Below are positions 39,886 to 52,700 of a stretch of 64,000 bases of DNA, piece by piece (position 1 is the stretch's first letter; every line of letters begins with the position of its first letter). This DNA comes from Bugula neritina (lineage: Eukaryota > Animalia > Bryozoa). Both the position numbers and the translations under genes were made by a program. Under the pieces are notes generated by a model. The model had not been told where the DNA came from, did not search any database, and saw only the letters and a list, made by a program, of their open reading frames with translations. The stretch spans positions 7,796,889-7,860,888 of the forward strand of contig OZ037772.1 in assembly GCA_964035545.1 (NCBI GenBank). Direction: 5' to 3'.

Positions 39886-41469
39886 GTTTATTTTTTTCTG
39901 CACATTAAATCACGAAATTTATTTAATTTTGTAAAAAAATCAACAAATAAACAGCTACTTTACTGCATTTAGATATTAATTAGCTGAAAAAAAAAGCTTG
40001 CAATTTTAAAACTATTTTTTATCTGAAAAAAAAATAGTCATAAAACATAATTTGTGTTTTTCAGTCAAGTTTCTTTGATAAAACACAAGTAGATAATAAG
40101 ATGTAAGTTAGTTTGCAATTTTTTAAATTGATTTTCAAATATAAAAGAATTGAGTTTAGCTCTCACGTTCCTTATTTCTTGAGGCAGAATTTTCAGTAAT
40201 TTACAAGCCTTAAAATTTATTACATCTAATTTAAGAGATTCTTCAATTTCTATAATTAATCTGACTTTTTCATAACTTTTTTGCTTATTTATGTTGCTGA
40301 GAATTGGATTTGCTAATTTTTAATGATTAATTCACATGCTGGAAACAGTAAAACTGCTACATTAATTCACCTGCTTGATTACTTTTATTTTTTTTATTAG
40401 CATAGTGTAATATTTTCACAAACTGGAATAAAACTTCCGCTAATTGTTGAGCTGTTATGACTGATCAAAAATCACTTATCTATTTTTTCAACAATATAAC
40501 ATTCTACAAAAAAATCTTCAGAATAGTTAAAAGTGTTATTGTATTAGGTTAAAGCTGTTTGAAGTGCACTGTGAAATGTGTTTCACATGAATTTTGTTGC
40601 GTTATTATAGCGGAGAAGCTTTATTAACTTCAAAGCTCTAATAAATCTTTAGGTGGAGTTGCTGTTTAAGCTTTTTCAAAAACATTTTTTCTAATACATT
40701 TATTTTATAGAACAAAAATTTTTATTAAAGTTTTAACTGCTTCACCTGCATTGTAATATCATATACAGGGCTCTATACGTAGTTACATAACTCAATATAA
40801 TATATAGAGAAAAAGTTATTTCAATAAAATTAGGTATTGTGAATAAAAACCTCAATTTTTTATTATTAAGCTGAACTTAACTGCAGCGATATCTCGCTTT
40901 TCTATCTTATTTTTTTTTACAATTCTACAAAAAAATCATACAGCATGGTGATAACCCTACAATTTATTTAATAGACACACAATGGAAGATGTATGGTAGA
41001 CCGTCTCAGTCAAAGTAATATTCAAAATAGCATGTTTAACCCATTTTATAAAGATATGCTTTCGGAATTCTTGTTAAAAGACTTGTGTAATCTTTCATTT
41101 ATCTATCTTCATGTATCTTTCTTTTACAGGAAACACGCTGTATATCAGTTGAGATTAAATCTTCAAGGCAGCGTGGATCAAATAGTGGTGAACAAGACTA
41201 ATTCTAAATAAAAAAAATTATTACTATAAATTTATAATTATAATCTTAGTAATTTATTTTGAATACATTAAAATAAAGTAACATATTATAATGCATAATC
41301 GTAATTATAAAGAATAATGATTATTATTTTAACTAATATAGCATTATTACTAGTATTATAATTACTATCTTATTTTCATAACTTAGCAGAATATATTAAA
41401 CAAATTAATAATAATAAACATATGATAAAAATAACATTAAATAACATAAATAGTATATCTATAATATTA

Positions 41470-44208
41470 CAGTGAAATCTCTAGTTTTTAGCTATTTTTC
41501 ACAATTTAGCTGCTAATAAACATGGATTTTTAGCCAAAGCTAGTAAAATATCAATAAATCCACACAGTTGGTTTAAGGTCATTACTTTCCAGATTCAGGC
41601 ACTGCTTTATGTTATATATAAACGGTTTCCAGGGGATAGCTCGAACAGTTTTTGTCTCACATTAACAAATTTTACATGAAAAGATAGCTCTTGCATTCCT
41701 CTTTCATATACTTTTTTAATTTTTCAATAAAAGTTTTTTGAGAAAGTTGTTGCATAATAAGTAAAATTTTACACCCTCCATGTTCCACTGCTGTAGCACA
41801 GGGGATTCATTTTATAAAGTATAAAAGTTAAACTTGACATTCCTTGATATGTTTTCTCTAATATACTTTCTTTGTTTTTTAAAATTCTGTTTATGCTCTT
41901 CACAATTTGGTAAAAACATACACCGTTTTGCAAGTTTCACTGCAATTTTCTAAATTCTTCATATGGTGGTTCTAGCTACGCTCCTGTGACTAATTATAAC
42001 ATTCCTAGTACGTTTGCCGCTCTGCGCTATCACAATAACATATAGTACCCTCTCGCACAAATTGGCAGTCTATTGGATTTCTGCCAATATAATGTTCCCT
42101 GTTTTACATTAGCACTTAGCTGAATCATCTCACTATGTTACAATAATATATTGAAAATGCCTCAGCACAACATAATTCTTTGTTTGTTTGGCAGAGTTAA
42201 TTTCAGCTAAATCACTTCACTTTGCAGTCTTGTCAGTAAAGGTCTGTCTATAGAGCAGCAGGTGTACTTTCAGTTTCTCTAATTCACATATGATTATTTT
42301 AAGTACATTGTATTCTATAAGATCAATTTAAGGTTTAGTCCAGTGTTCAGTATCTAATTATTATGCTTGTATGTTGTCTTACTGTTGAACAAAAGTTAAA
42401 AAAAACTTTACAATTATAGCCATATTTATTATACATGCGTAGGATTTGCATAAGTTGACAAAAAAAATTGCGACAAAACAGGGTTGAACCATAACCAACT
42501 AACTCCTCGCTGACGCCTCTAACCTCTAGACCACGCAGTCATCGTTAATAAAACGCGCACTATATGAGTAACTATCATTACATAAATATTTCGCGCAGAG
42601 TTTGCAGATGTGCTCTAAAATGAAACTTAAACTGTATGGTATTACATAAGTATTTGTATGCGAGAGATAAATGGACATTACTGAGTTTCTGGAAAACAAC
42701 ATACTTGAAGTTAACTTTGACAATGGTGTGTTATTTTCATCATACACTAGCACAGATAGGGCCTATAGCATAAATCTCTAATCATATGAATCTTTATGAA
42801 GCCCACAGCTCATGTAAGGGTGGCAAATGTAATTTGAAACTAAAAATTGTGTTGCTGCATTGTGTCTAAGGTATATTAGAGAGCAGAATTTGGTTTTACT
42901 AGCCTACCCCAACGGCATTCTACAATGCAGCTTATATGCTGGCAGTTGTAATAAGTACTGTCAATAGCAAGGTTACTATCACTGCTAGCTCTGTGCAGTA
43001 TGTAACCTCTTGAATAATTGCGCCAATTTTAAACTCTTGGAAGTTGGCCAAGTTATCATATCGCAGCCAGCCACCGGAGACAAAGCATCAGAGCTATTCA
43101 TATAATATTATACTGATGCACTTGGTAGCAGAGTGGCTAATCTAATATAGTTCATAGTTCAACACCCTTTACTTTGGGAATACAGCCTCTTTTTTTAGGT
43201 TTACCTTACAAAGCATGAACATATCTAAACTGATATTCTGATAATTTAGAGGTACATTTTGAAAACTAGGTTAATTGCACTTGTTTGCACAACAACAATA
43301 ATAAAATAGATATTATGCAGTATAATAAAAACACACATAATACTATATAATATATTATAATGATAATAATATAATATTATAAGTACCATTACTGCATTTT
43401 ATAAATCACATGGTTGCCAGAAAAATGTATCACAAATTTTGTAATTATACATCAAAAATAGAACTATAGCTAGGCAGCGGGTTAGAATAGAGTAAATTTT
43501 TAAAACATGAAATCATGATTTGACTATTGTTTTATTTAGGCCAACCAACCTAGGAATACAAGATTGGGTTTTAGCTGGCAGTTTATAACATTTAGCTTTT
43601 GAGCCAGCAGCACTGGCACTTGTGAAGTATAGGCAAAGTTAGTGAAGCGAGACTAACTAGCACTCAAATACAAGGCATATTGAGACGCAATAACAAGTCA
43701 GGAGCGTATAAATTGAAAAGAATGTGGAAGGGGGACTATGTTTTTCAACAAGCTATAACTTAAACATGAATTGGTTTTTGAAAAAAATAAAAAAGTATAT
43801 TGGAGAACATAAGTTTCTTTATCTTTTCATATTTTTTTTGTTCCTGTGACATTCAACCTGTTCGAGCTATCAGTGGAACATTGTTCATATAGAACATAAA
43901 GCACCTGGCAAAGAGCCAGAAAATGAAAAGTGTGACCTTAAACTAACTGTGCACCAAAAAAATCAAAATTATTTTTAATTTTGCTTGATTTCCCATGTTT
44001 TTTTTTAATGATTCTAATGGAAAAATCGTAACGATCCGCAATCCACATTAGCTATACAAATAGAACGAAACATGGAAATTCTAGCAAAATTAAAAAGAAT
44101 TATGATTATTTAGGTGTATTTATTGATATTTTACTAGTTTGGGGCAAAAATCCATGTTTATTAGCAGCTAAATTACGAAAAATAACTAAAAATCAGAAAT
44201 TTCCAGTG
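41470..44208. mobile_element. Non-autonomous DNA-transposon-like element with long imperfect TIRs (or two inverted repeat copies)
   Basis: 41470-41660 (..tttagctgctaataaacatggattttt..tagtaaaatatcaataaat..gatagctcgaacag) is inversely repeated at 43858-44208. No transposase ORF inside. Confidence 0.65.
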
Positions 44209-44265
44209 TTTATTAATTAAATAAAATGACCCATAATAAATTAACAGTCATCATTTTGTCCTTAC

Positions 44266-47200
44266 AAGTCTAGCATAGACTCCTGTGTCATCATATTTCA
44301 TCTGCCCTCTATTCATGGAGAAGTTTATATAATCTTGATCATTATTTTTAGAAACGTACTGCTGTCTCCCATGAGGCAAAGAGGTAGACTGAATACAAAA
44401 ATAGCTATTTCATTATTTCTATAAAACTTGCAAGATACGTACAGAATGAAAAGACTAAACAAACAGAATGAAATAGTTTAATGGGCTTGGTTAGAATTCA
44501 TGTGTAAAATGAGATTTTTCTTACAAGACTTGCATAAACCCCCGAGTTGTCAGCCGTCATTTGTTTTGAATTTACAGAAAATGTGGTATAATCTTGGTCA
44601 AATCTTTCTTTTTGTTGAGAGGGTGTCTTTGCCTTAAACGATAAACATAAAAATTAGAGTAAAACATTAATGCAAAACAACTAGAATTTAAATAAAACAA
44701 TTAGCATCTCAATACCAAATAGATTCTATTTTTTATCAAACTAGCTTGAACTGCTATAAGTTAGTATACTAAGGCATCATACTGATTATGGATAATTTCT
44801 GGTTGTCAAACTATAGGACAGTTATTACAGACTTAAAATTTCCGTTGCCAATTTGAGTAATTCAAGCGAATTGTAAATATACATATATGTTTTCCTCTAT
44901 AAGATTCTGACAAAGATTCAAATCATTCTTATAATATACGCTTGCAACTTTTTTATTTGCTGTTGAAATGTTTACCAACAAATATCATATATTTATAAAA
45001 GAATACTAAATTCTTTTAAAATTATATAATAAATAATATAACTCTTCTTTTTCGGATAAACTCTTTTTTTCTAAATAATACAAAAACTATATAAATGCAT
45101 TAATTTGATTGCAAGAATATAGCATATAGTGTGTAATGCCCTGACATTAATTTAGCTTATCACTGGCTGCATTAATTAGTGCAAAAAACTAGATTTGAAG
45201 GAATTTTTCAACACGTTATGTAGGATATTAATTGACTTGTTTATTGTTTGCAAAAGTACTTAGCTATTCCTTAATTAGGCCTTTGCTTTGCTTTGTTTTT
45301 CTGAGTTTCCACTAATATAATTTTAATGCATGCGCATGACTCTAAATTTAATCCAGTGTGACAAAATTGAATTTAATGCAGTATTTCTAAGTGAATATAA
45401 CATATTTGCTTAAAAGTTAAAGATTGTAATTTATAATACCGTTTTAGGGTATCTATAATTTAATCTTGTTTTTCTTATTCTATGTGATCATAGACTGACA
45501 AACCTAAACCTATATTGGAGAGCTGAGGTTACTCGGTGACGCCAATGGTGTAATTAGTTAGCGTAGCTGCTAGTAAGCTGCAGATACTGAGTTTGAATCT
45601 CAGTGAGAGCAAAACTCCCAAAAGTTATTATATTACCTTTAAAACCAGTATAATTTGTTTACCTATTATAGTTTGTTTGCTAGAACTTTATTAAATACCT
45701 AATTACTTAATTACTTTTAAAATTTTAAAAAATGCTTACTTTGTTTTTCGGAGAGTTCAAGTTCTTCTGTCTGCTGTGTTCTAAAAAAACAAAATAAATT
45801 AATTATCTAATTTTTTCCAAGATCAGTAATTTTTTTGTATATTTGTTAGTTAAGCTTTCAGCTGGAAAATATATATGAAGTTTGCTGATTGCAGTTAACT
45901 AAAAGTTGTGTGCCGATTTTTAGGTATTTTGCGAACTTTTTCTAAAAAAATTGTGGCACCAATAAATTGACAAAAGAATAAAAACTGTAAAACATATATC
46001 ATTAAATTGTAAAAACTTTGACGGAAAATACAAAACTACAATCAGAAGGTAACACTGTGACTGTGAAAAAGAAAAAAATCATTAGGTTATCTTATTAGTT
46101 CTTCAACTACACAACATGTAATGGTACATTCGGAGTAATCTTTTATCAGTTTAAAAGCTAATACTTGCAGTCGCTTAGAGCATGTTAATGATTGGCATGT
46201 GTTAGCAGCTACTAATATAACTAAAATCATTATAGAAGCAAATCTTACTGCAAAAAAAAATCATTTGAGTTTAGGCTGGTAAAAATAGGCCACAATAAAA
46301 ACCTTTTATTAGTATAAGGAAGCATATAAATTGTTATGATATTGAAAATGTATCCGTATGTGTTTATGTACACTCGTTTTGGTAGTGCCTTAATTGCTAC
46401 ACTACCAATATACTACAATGGAAATATAGAATAAAATTTTAGGTCAGAACGAAGCCTGTATTTTTATTCAGTGGTTCTTAGTGTATAATGAATACCTCAG
46501 TTTCACAATGATTTTACTGCACTGCAACCTTAAAATTATTGAATTCCATTTCGGTGCTTTTTGTGATGCGTTGAAAAACTGAAGTTTAAACTTTCTTTAA
46601 AATTTAATGTGTATATTTCTATATCCGTTAAGCTTATTCATGAAAAAATCTCATTAGATTAAAAAGGGTATGTATGACTATCAAATGGTCATTCTTAGTT
46701 TTATGCAGCTAAACAACTTACTTTGTCGTTCGTCTTTTATTGATGCTCCAGATTCCTGAAAAAATTAGCATTTTACAAAATTCAGTTTAAACAACTTTTT
46801 TTTATTTAGTAGTTATATATAAAAATGACAGCAAGTTACAATGTCAATATTTGTTTTGCTTTAATTAAAGTATTGCTTTTTTTAATTTAAGTATAAGTTT
46901 TATCAATATCGTTCTTTTTAATTTGATAATCGATTATGTAATTGGCAGCTAAATGTAAAATTTTCTTAGTAAAAGTACTAGTATTAGTAGGCCTAAATCA
47001 ATTATTGTATGACAAATTGCGCTTGTAATATACTATTTTTTTAAAGATTGCTATTGCCATTTGTTTTTATAAATGTAACACCGCAGCAGCAGTCAAAATT
47101 GAAACTATTTTGTTAAGAGGCTGCAGCCTGAATTCCTAGAAGTTATAGATCAGTTTCAGAAATAAAAACAGTCACATGTTAGGCCTAAAGTCTAACCATC

Positions 47201-50200
47201 AGTGACTTTAAGTGAAAATTGGATAAGAGTATAAAGTAAATTAAGAAAAATTGTTCAAATGGTCAATAACAACATTATACAAAAACATTCTTTTTTCTAT
47301 AATAATAATTGATTTACTACAAAATTAATTATAAAAATTGTACTTTTTTGGAAAAAATATTTTGGGTTAAAATTAATAAGAACATTTATTACTTTGCAAC
47401 TTCAAATACTCTTTTATAATGATGCAGGCATTTTTTTATATTTTTCATTAAACAATTAATATCTACAACATTGCAATTAAATTAATATAGTAACACTTAC
47501 TGGGGTACCAGCGCGCCACTCGACTGTCGCCATATCAGAGGGTTTCATTCTCTTGCCCATAGCTTGCACTTGTCGCTCTCCTACAGCAAATTTACAATAT
47601 TTCATATCTCAAATTGGTCAGGTTACCTAACTTTAGAAACACTATAATTATATATCTCTAGTTTTTTAGTCTTTTTCACAGTTTAGCTGGGATTGTATAT
47701 AGTTTCTTGAAAAAAACTGATGAAATATTGAGAAAAATGAGTGAAGAATTATTTTTCAATTTTGCCTAATTTCCTGCATATATTTCATCCTAACTTCTTA
47801 ACAAATTTGAGTGTGCGGAGCGTTGCGAACCAGCACACCCGAATTTACTATAAAATTGGAATAAAAGCTTTTAACAATCGAACATTAAAAAAACTGGTGT
47901 TGTTTTTTTTCAATTAATTGCTTCTAGCATGTATAAAAAACACAAAATAAAAAAAAATTAAGCGAAGGAAAAACGTGAGTACAAAAAGAAAAAAACAGAA
48001 GGATAATATTCAATAGCTTGTATTGATTAACTACATGATGCCTTCCCTGCGAGAACATTTAATGGGCGAGGGTTTTTAAAAACCCCATGAGAATTTTCTT
48101 GTTGGCGATAAACAATTATTAATAAATGCTGCTTTTTGTGCCTTACTAATCACCTTTATATTAAATAAAACCACTTACTAGATTTTTGTTAAGCCAGCGC
48201 TCTAACCTCTAGGCCATGGCTACTTTCTAATTAAAAATTCTCAAAATCAGATAAATAATTATGCAATAACAGTTTTTCTGTATCACAAACCTAACGGCTC
48301 TTAAGCTTATACATATTCAGTTGCCTATTACTAGCATTTAAATACAAACAGGTTTCAGTTTTACTACTTACTTTGAATTTTCTTTTGTCTCAGAAGTAAA
48401 AGTATTCCTGCCATCATGACTAACACAATTATAATGCTTGCTGCAATGATTCCATCATTATGGGTTTTATCAGGTGTTTCAGGTACCTCAACGCCGGTAG
48501 TTGTCGTTGCTGCTGCTACAGTGGTTGCTTTCCTAGTGTTAGTATGAACAGTAATAGTGGTAGTTGGTTTTGGAGTGGTTATCATTGATGAATCTGAAAA
48601 CAATAATATAATTTATGAGAATTTTATATTCCAAATATATACTCAAAAGTATAACATACACTAAAGTTCTTGCACAATGTGCGTGTCTGTGTGTTATGCT
48701 TGTGCACCTGAAAAAATTAGCGTAGCTACTTCTTGCCTTACTGTTTTTCATTATTCTGCCTAGCTATGTTTCTTCCTGATAGCAATTATACATGTATACA
48801 AAATTAAAGTTTTCACAGTCAAAATTTTGAAGTGTATTGTAAGTTAATTAATTCCATCTTTTGTTGAAAATTACACAGTTCAAGAACACCATAAAACAAT
48901 TGGTTTATATGAGAATGATGTTCTTTTGTATATACTACAAAAATAAAAGCTACAGCAACAAACTTTTTGTCTGAAAAACATCTTTTTTAACCAAAATTGG
49001 TGTGTAGCGGTAATAGTAAAAGCGATGTTCAGATTAAATAATTTAGACTCACCAGTATACTTCAGTTCATAGATTGTGTAATCACCAAGGATGAAAATTT
49101 TCCATGAATCTTCTAATTTGAAAAGATATCTTGGAGATTTGAATTTGCAAGTAGAAATTGAACCGGATTGGAATTCGACGTCACTTGTTTGAGGAATACA
49201 TATAGTTGAGACAGATGGGCTGGCTAAATCAACCAATCGTAAGACATGGTTCTTGTAATCAGCAAATAGAAATGTCTCGTTGTCCAGAAAGAATAAGCCA
49301 TTTGCCTCTTGTAGTTTTGCACTCCCTAGTGCACCATCGTTGTGTCCAGTACCAGAAATAACGTTCACAGCTGGAGTACTCCAAGTGGAAGATATGCTGA
49401 CAATACTTGTCTTAGTGCTGAAGTACATGAAGTCACCGCTGGGGTCAAAGTTCAGTCCGTAAATTTTCTGTCTTAGATAAAGCACAGTATTAATGTACCA
49501 AGTTAACCCAACTCTCTCAATACACCTGAGAGTTTCCACCACATTCTCATAAAAGTACACTTTCCCTTTCTCTGAAGGTGAGGCAGCCAGTTCAAATGGG
49601 TAGGCAACTTTTGCAAGGCTAAACTCTCCGTCTCTTACAGTTGCGTCATTGCACCCCCCTACTAGCTCGTTCGATATATGATTAGTTCGGTTAACGGTTC
49701 TAATACAGTTATTACCCAGATCGGCAATCCATATATGTCGATTATTGGTAGGGTTTGTAACTATTCCAGTGATATGTCCATACCTTGCATGAAGTTGCTT
49801 ACCTTCTCTGTAACCCTTGACCTTTTTATTTCCAGATACGTAATATATGCTCATAAAGTTACGAGTAGTATAAATACCGTATCCATATACTAACAAATAG
49901 TGTCCTTTGATGTAATCATCTCTTCCTACGTATCGAAAGGAGGGACCGCTCTCCGAAATTTTCGCAAACTGTTTCATTGTCTCGAATTTTTTGCTAAAAT
50001 TAATTACAACCAACTGAGCAAGAATACTAAGCTTGTCTAATTTTTTATACTATATAAAAATATAATTTCTAACAATGCTACCTAATTAACAGCTAATAAA
50101 AAAACTCACACAAGCTTATAGTAGCCATCCCTAAATCGGCTAAGGACTTGTTTAAATAAGGCACAGGAGCAATTATGACTGGATGCTTTTCCTAACATCA

Positions 50201-50755
50201 CCAATGGCCTTTGTTTGGGTTTGAACCCATGACCTTTGTGTTTACTAGTCAAACGCTCTACCCCTAAACCATGGCTGCTCTTTACCTAATTAACAGCTAA
50301 TACTTTCTATACATCATACTACTGTGCACATATGCTGAACGATTTATGTTTGTAGATTTACCTGTTGATTTGGTTTTTGTGAATAACACTTCCATAAGAC
50401 AAATTCCATTGCAGTTTTACCTAAAACATAGTTATTTTATGCTTTATGTCTAATCATTTGCCTAAAGATCAATTTAGAAGATGCTCCTGAGCATGCCCAA
50501 ACATATTTCCTGTTGGAGAGGTTGCGCAACTCGTTGCATCAGTGAGTTACGTTTTGTGTTTCATTGACTGACACAGGATATTATAGGCATACATAACAGT
50601 CATGTGATATGCTATAAATAAGATTTTAGGTGACTAAAAATGTTAGAATAGACATCTTTAAGCTTCAATACAAATATCCTCACAGCAAACTTATATAGGG
50701 CTTTTTGTATACTTACACACACGATGATCACTAGTGTATATTTTCCAAAATACAT
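44266..50755 (-). CDS. G8: NHL-like propeller receptor, TM, tail with duplicated tyrosine-motif exons (final exon uncertain)
   Basis: Exons 50717-50755 (MYFGKYTLVIIVC), 50362-50420, 49053-49993, 48372-48593 (Thr stalk + TM GIIAASIIIVLVMMAGILLLL-RQKK), 47501-47580, 46722-46755, 45740-45780, 44525-44632 (..DQDYTTF..GVYASL), 44266-44388 (..DQDYINF..GVYARL). Alternating phases 1/0 fit at every junction. Confidence 0.78.
50099..50282 (-). mobile_element. tRNA-derived SINE with a 20-bp target-site duplication
   Basis: Minus-strand head gagcagccatggtttaggggtagagcg...gggttcaaaccc (A and B boxes). tacctaattaacagctaata is repeated at 50079-50098 and 50283-50302. Confidence 0.85.
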
Positions 50756-52700
50756 TATAGCTACATTAACTGAAACTGCAACTTATTTAAAAGAAGTGAT
50801 TGCTAATAAATTTCGGGTAGTAATTAAAACATAAAGTTTTCAATCATGAAAATTTCAACTATGTAGAATATTTTCAACTCTAGAAATTAGCACAACGCAA
50901 TATTGTTATTATTTAGTTTCTGTATGTTTCAACTGATAGGATAAGCAGAATATGGAACATAACTTTATTCAGAGCTGTTATTCAAACTATTGAACTTTTT
51001 AGTTAATACTGGTTTTATGAGGTGGGTTTTTTAGATACTCATTTTAGCTTTTGCAAATAACAAAATATTTCAAATTGATTTAAAAATGTTTCATATTTTC
51101 AGAAGTTGAGTTGTATGTTTAGGCGTATGATAGAATGTAGGCTAATTAATTTTCTTCATCTTTTGATACAAAATTTTAATCAAATTTTTTTAAAATGTTT
51201 GTACCAGCCTGTTTGATTATTGATTTTTATATCAATTAACTTAGGCTAACTAGTAATTCAGCAATAGAGTTATCAATTAGCAGTTTTACAAAGAAAATAA
51301 TCGAGCACAGCCTTTGTATATGCATTAACTGATCAAAGTGATAATGTCAAGAAGAAAACAACCTAATAAGAATACTGTTGAAAAATTTAAACAATGAGTG
51401 AAAACAGGTTAGGCCTGGAAAAGAGATATGTCCTATATAGTGATCAACACAGCTAGAAATGTGTTTGAAAAGTTAACTGCATGAAACTAACAGGAGCCAA
51501 AGTTGAAAGGCAGAACAAGAAAGAACATAAAATTTTGATGTAGCAGGCAGCAACTATTTAGCACTAAAAAAACTGGATTTAAACTTCTGACACTTTATTA
51601 TCCTTATCAGACTTTTTCTTTGGGGTTTGGGTCTATTCTGTTGACATATCCAGCTATTGAAACATGACTTCTTTTCACCAATTTCCCTATTTCACATGTA
51701 TAATATGCGTTTACAAAGTCACTGTGCAGTATGGAAAACATCATATAATCCAAAAGCGACCAAATAGTTCCTATTATACAATTAAGTATAGAGTTTCGTC
51801 AGTTTTAAACTAAATTGCGATCTCTTTCATGCTAAGAAAGTGTAAAAATGTGTGTAATAGTAGTTTACCAAACTTCAAACGGGTGTAGAGTAATTAATTT
51901 TAAAAATAATTGTGGTTAGGTTACATGTTCAAATTTCATGGAAAAAAAAATATCAGTATATGTTTACATTATGTTTGCTTTTTGTGTGTAATAAACCTAA
52001 TTCTTCATTAATTTGTGCACTACACTGAGCAGCTTGGAGTTGCATCCAAATCAGTTATACCTATAACACGATTGTATTTCAAAGTTTATTAATTTGATTT
52101 TTTGTTTAGAAGTCATGCTTCCATTGTTGTTCAAATCTGAACCATGGTTTTTACGCCAAAAACGTTTTGCAGTTTTTTAAACATTGCGCAATTAGGCTAA
52201 TGCCTTTCTTAAGGTAGGAAAAAAAGCATTTGCAATAGTTATTTGAGGCCTGGAATTTGTAAATTTATCTGTAATGCAAGGTTATTTAAGCTGCCAGTAG
52301 ACATTTGACACTTATATATTGGGGACATATATTATATTCCAGAAAAGTGCATTTTGGTGAACAATATAAATTCACCTATACACATAGGTAGACGAGATGT
52401 TTAAGCTCAAATGAAATTAAAGTTATAAATATTTTATTTTGTTAGCTCTGTTTCAAAGTTGAGAAAATAAACATTATACAGATCAAATACTGATTTTAGA
52501 ATATGGCTTTCTCAATGATCATCTGTTTAGAATCCTTAGGTTAGATGTCACATAAATGAAATAAATCAAATAAGCATATCTTGTAGATTTTATAGACTTT
52601 GATGACAAGAAGTTGCCCATCGCTGGTTTGCTGAAGCCTCGGCTTTACCTCTCCGGTGTTCACAGGAAATGCATTATATGCCTTGATTGGGGTTTGAGTT

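Noticed and set aside
41020-41140. Possible third decayed tyrosine-motif exon or terminal exon of G8 (DYTSL-like text)
   Set aside because: Stops and frame inconsistencies; similarity too weak to support without an alignment.
42470-45612. tRNA-like segments at ~42470-42540 and ~45535-45612 (also ~60190-60280)
   Set aside because: A/B-box-like motifs but no convincing cloverleaf; more likely SINE heads than tRNA genes.
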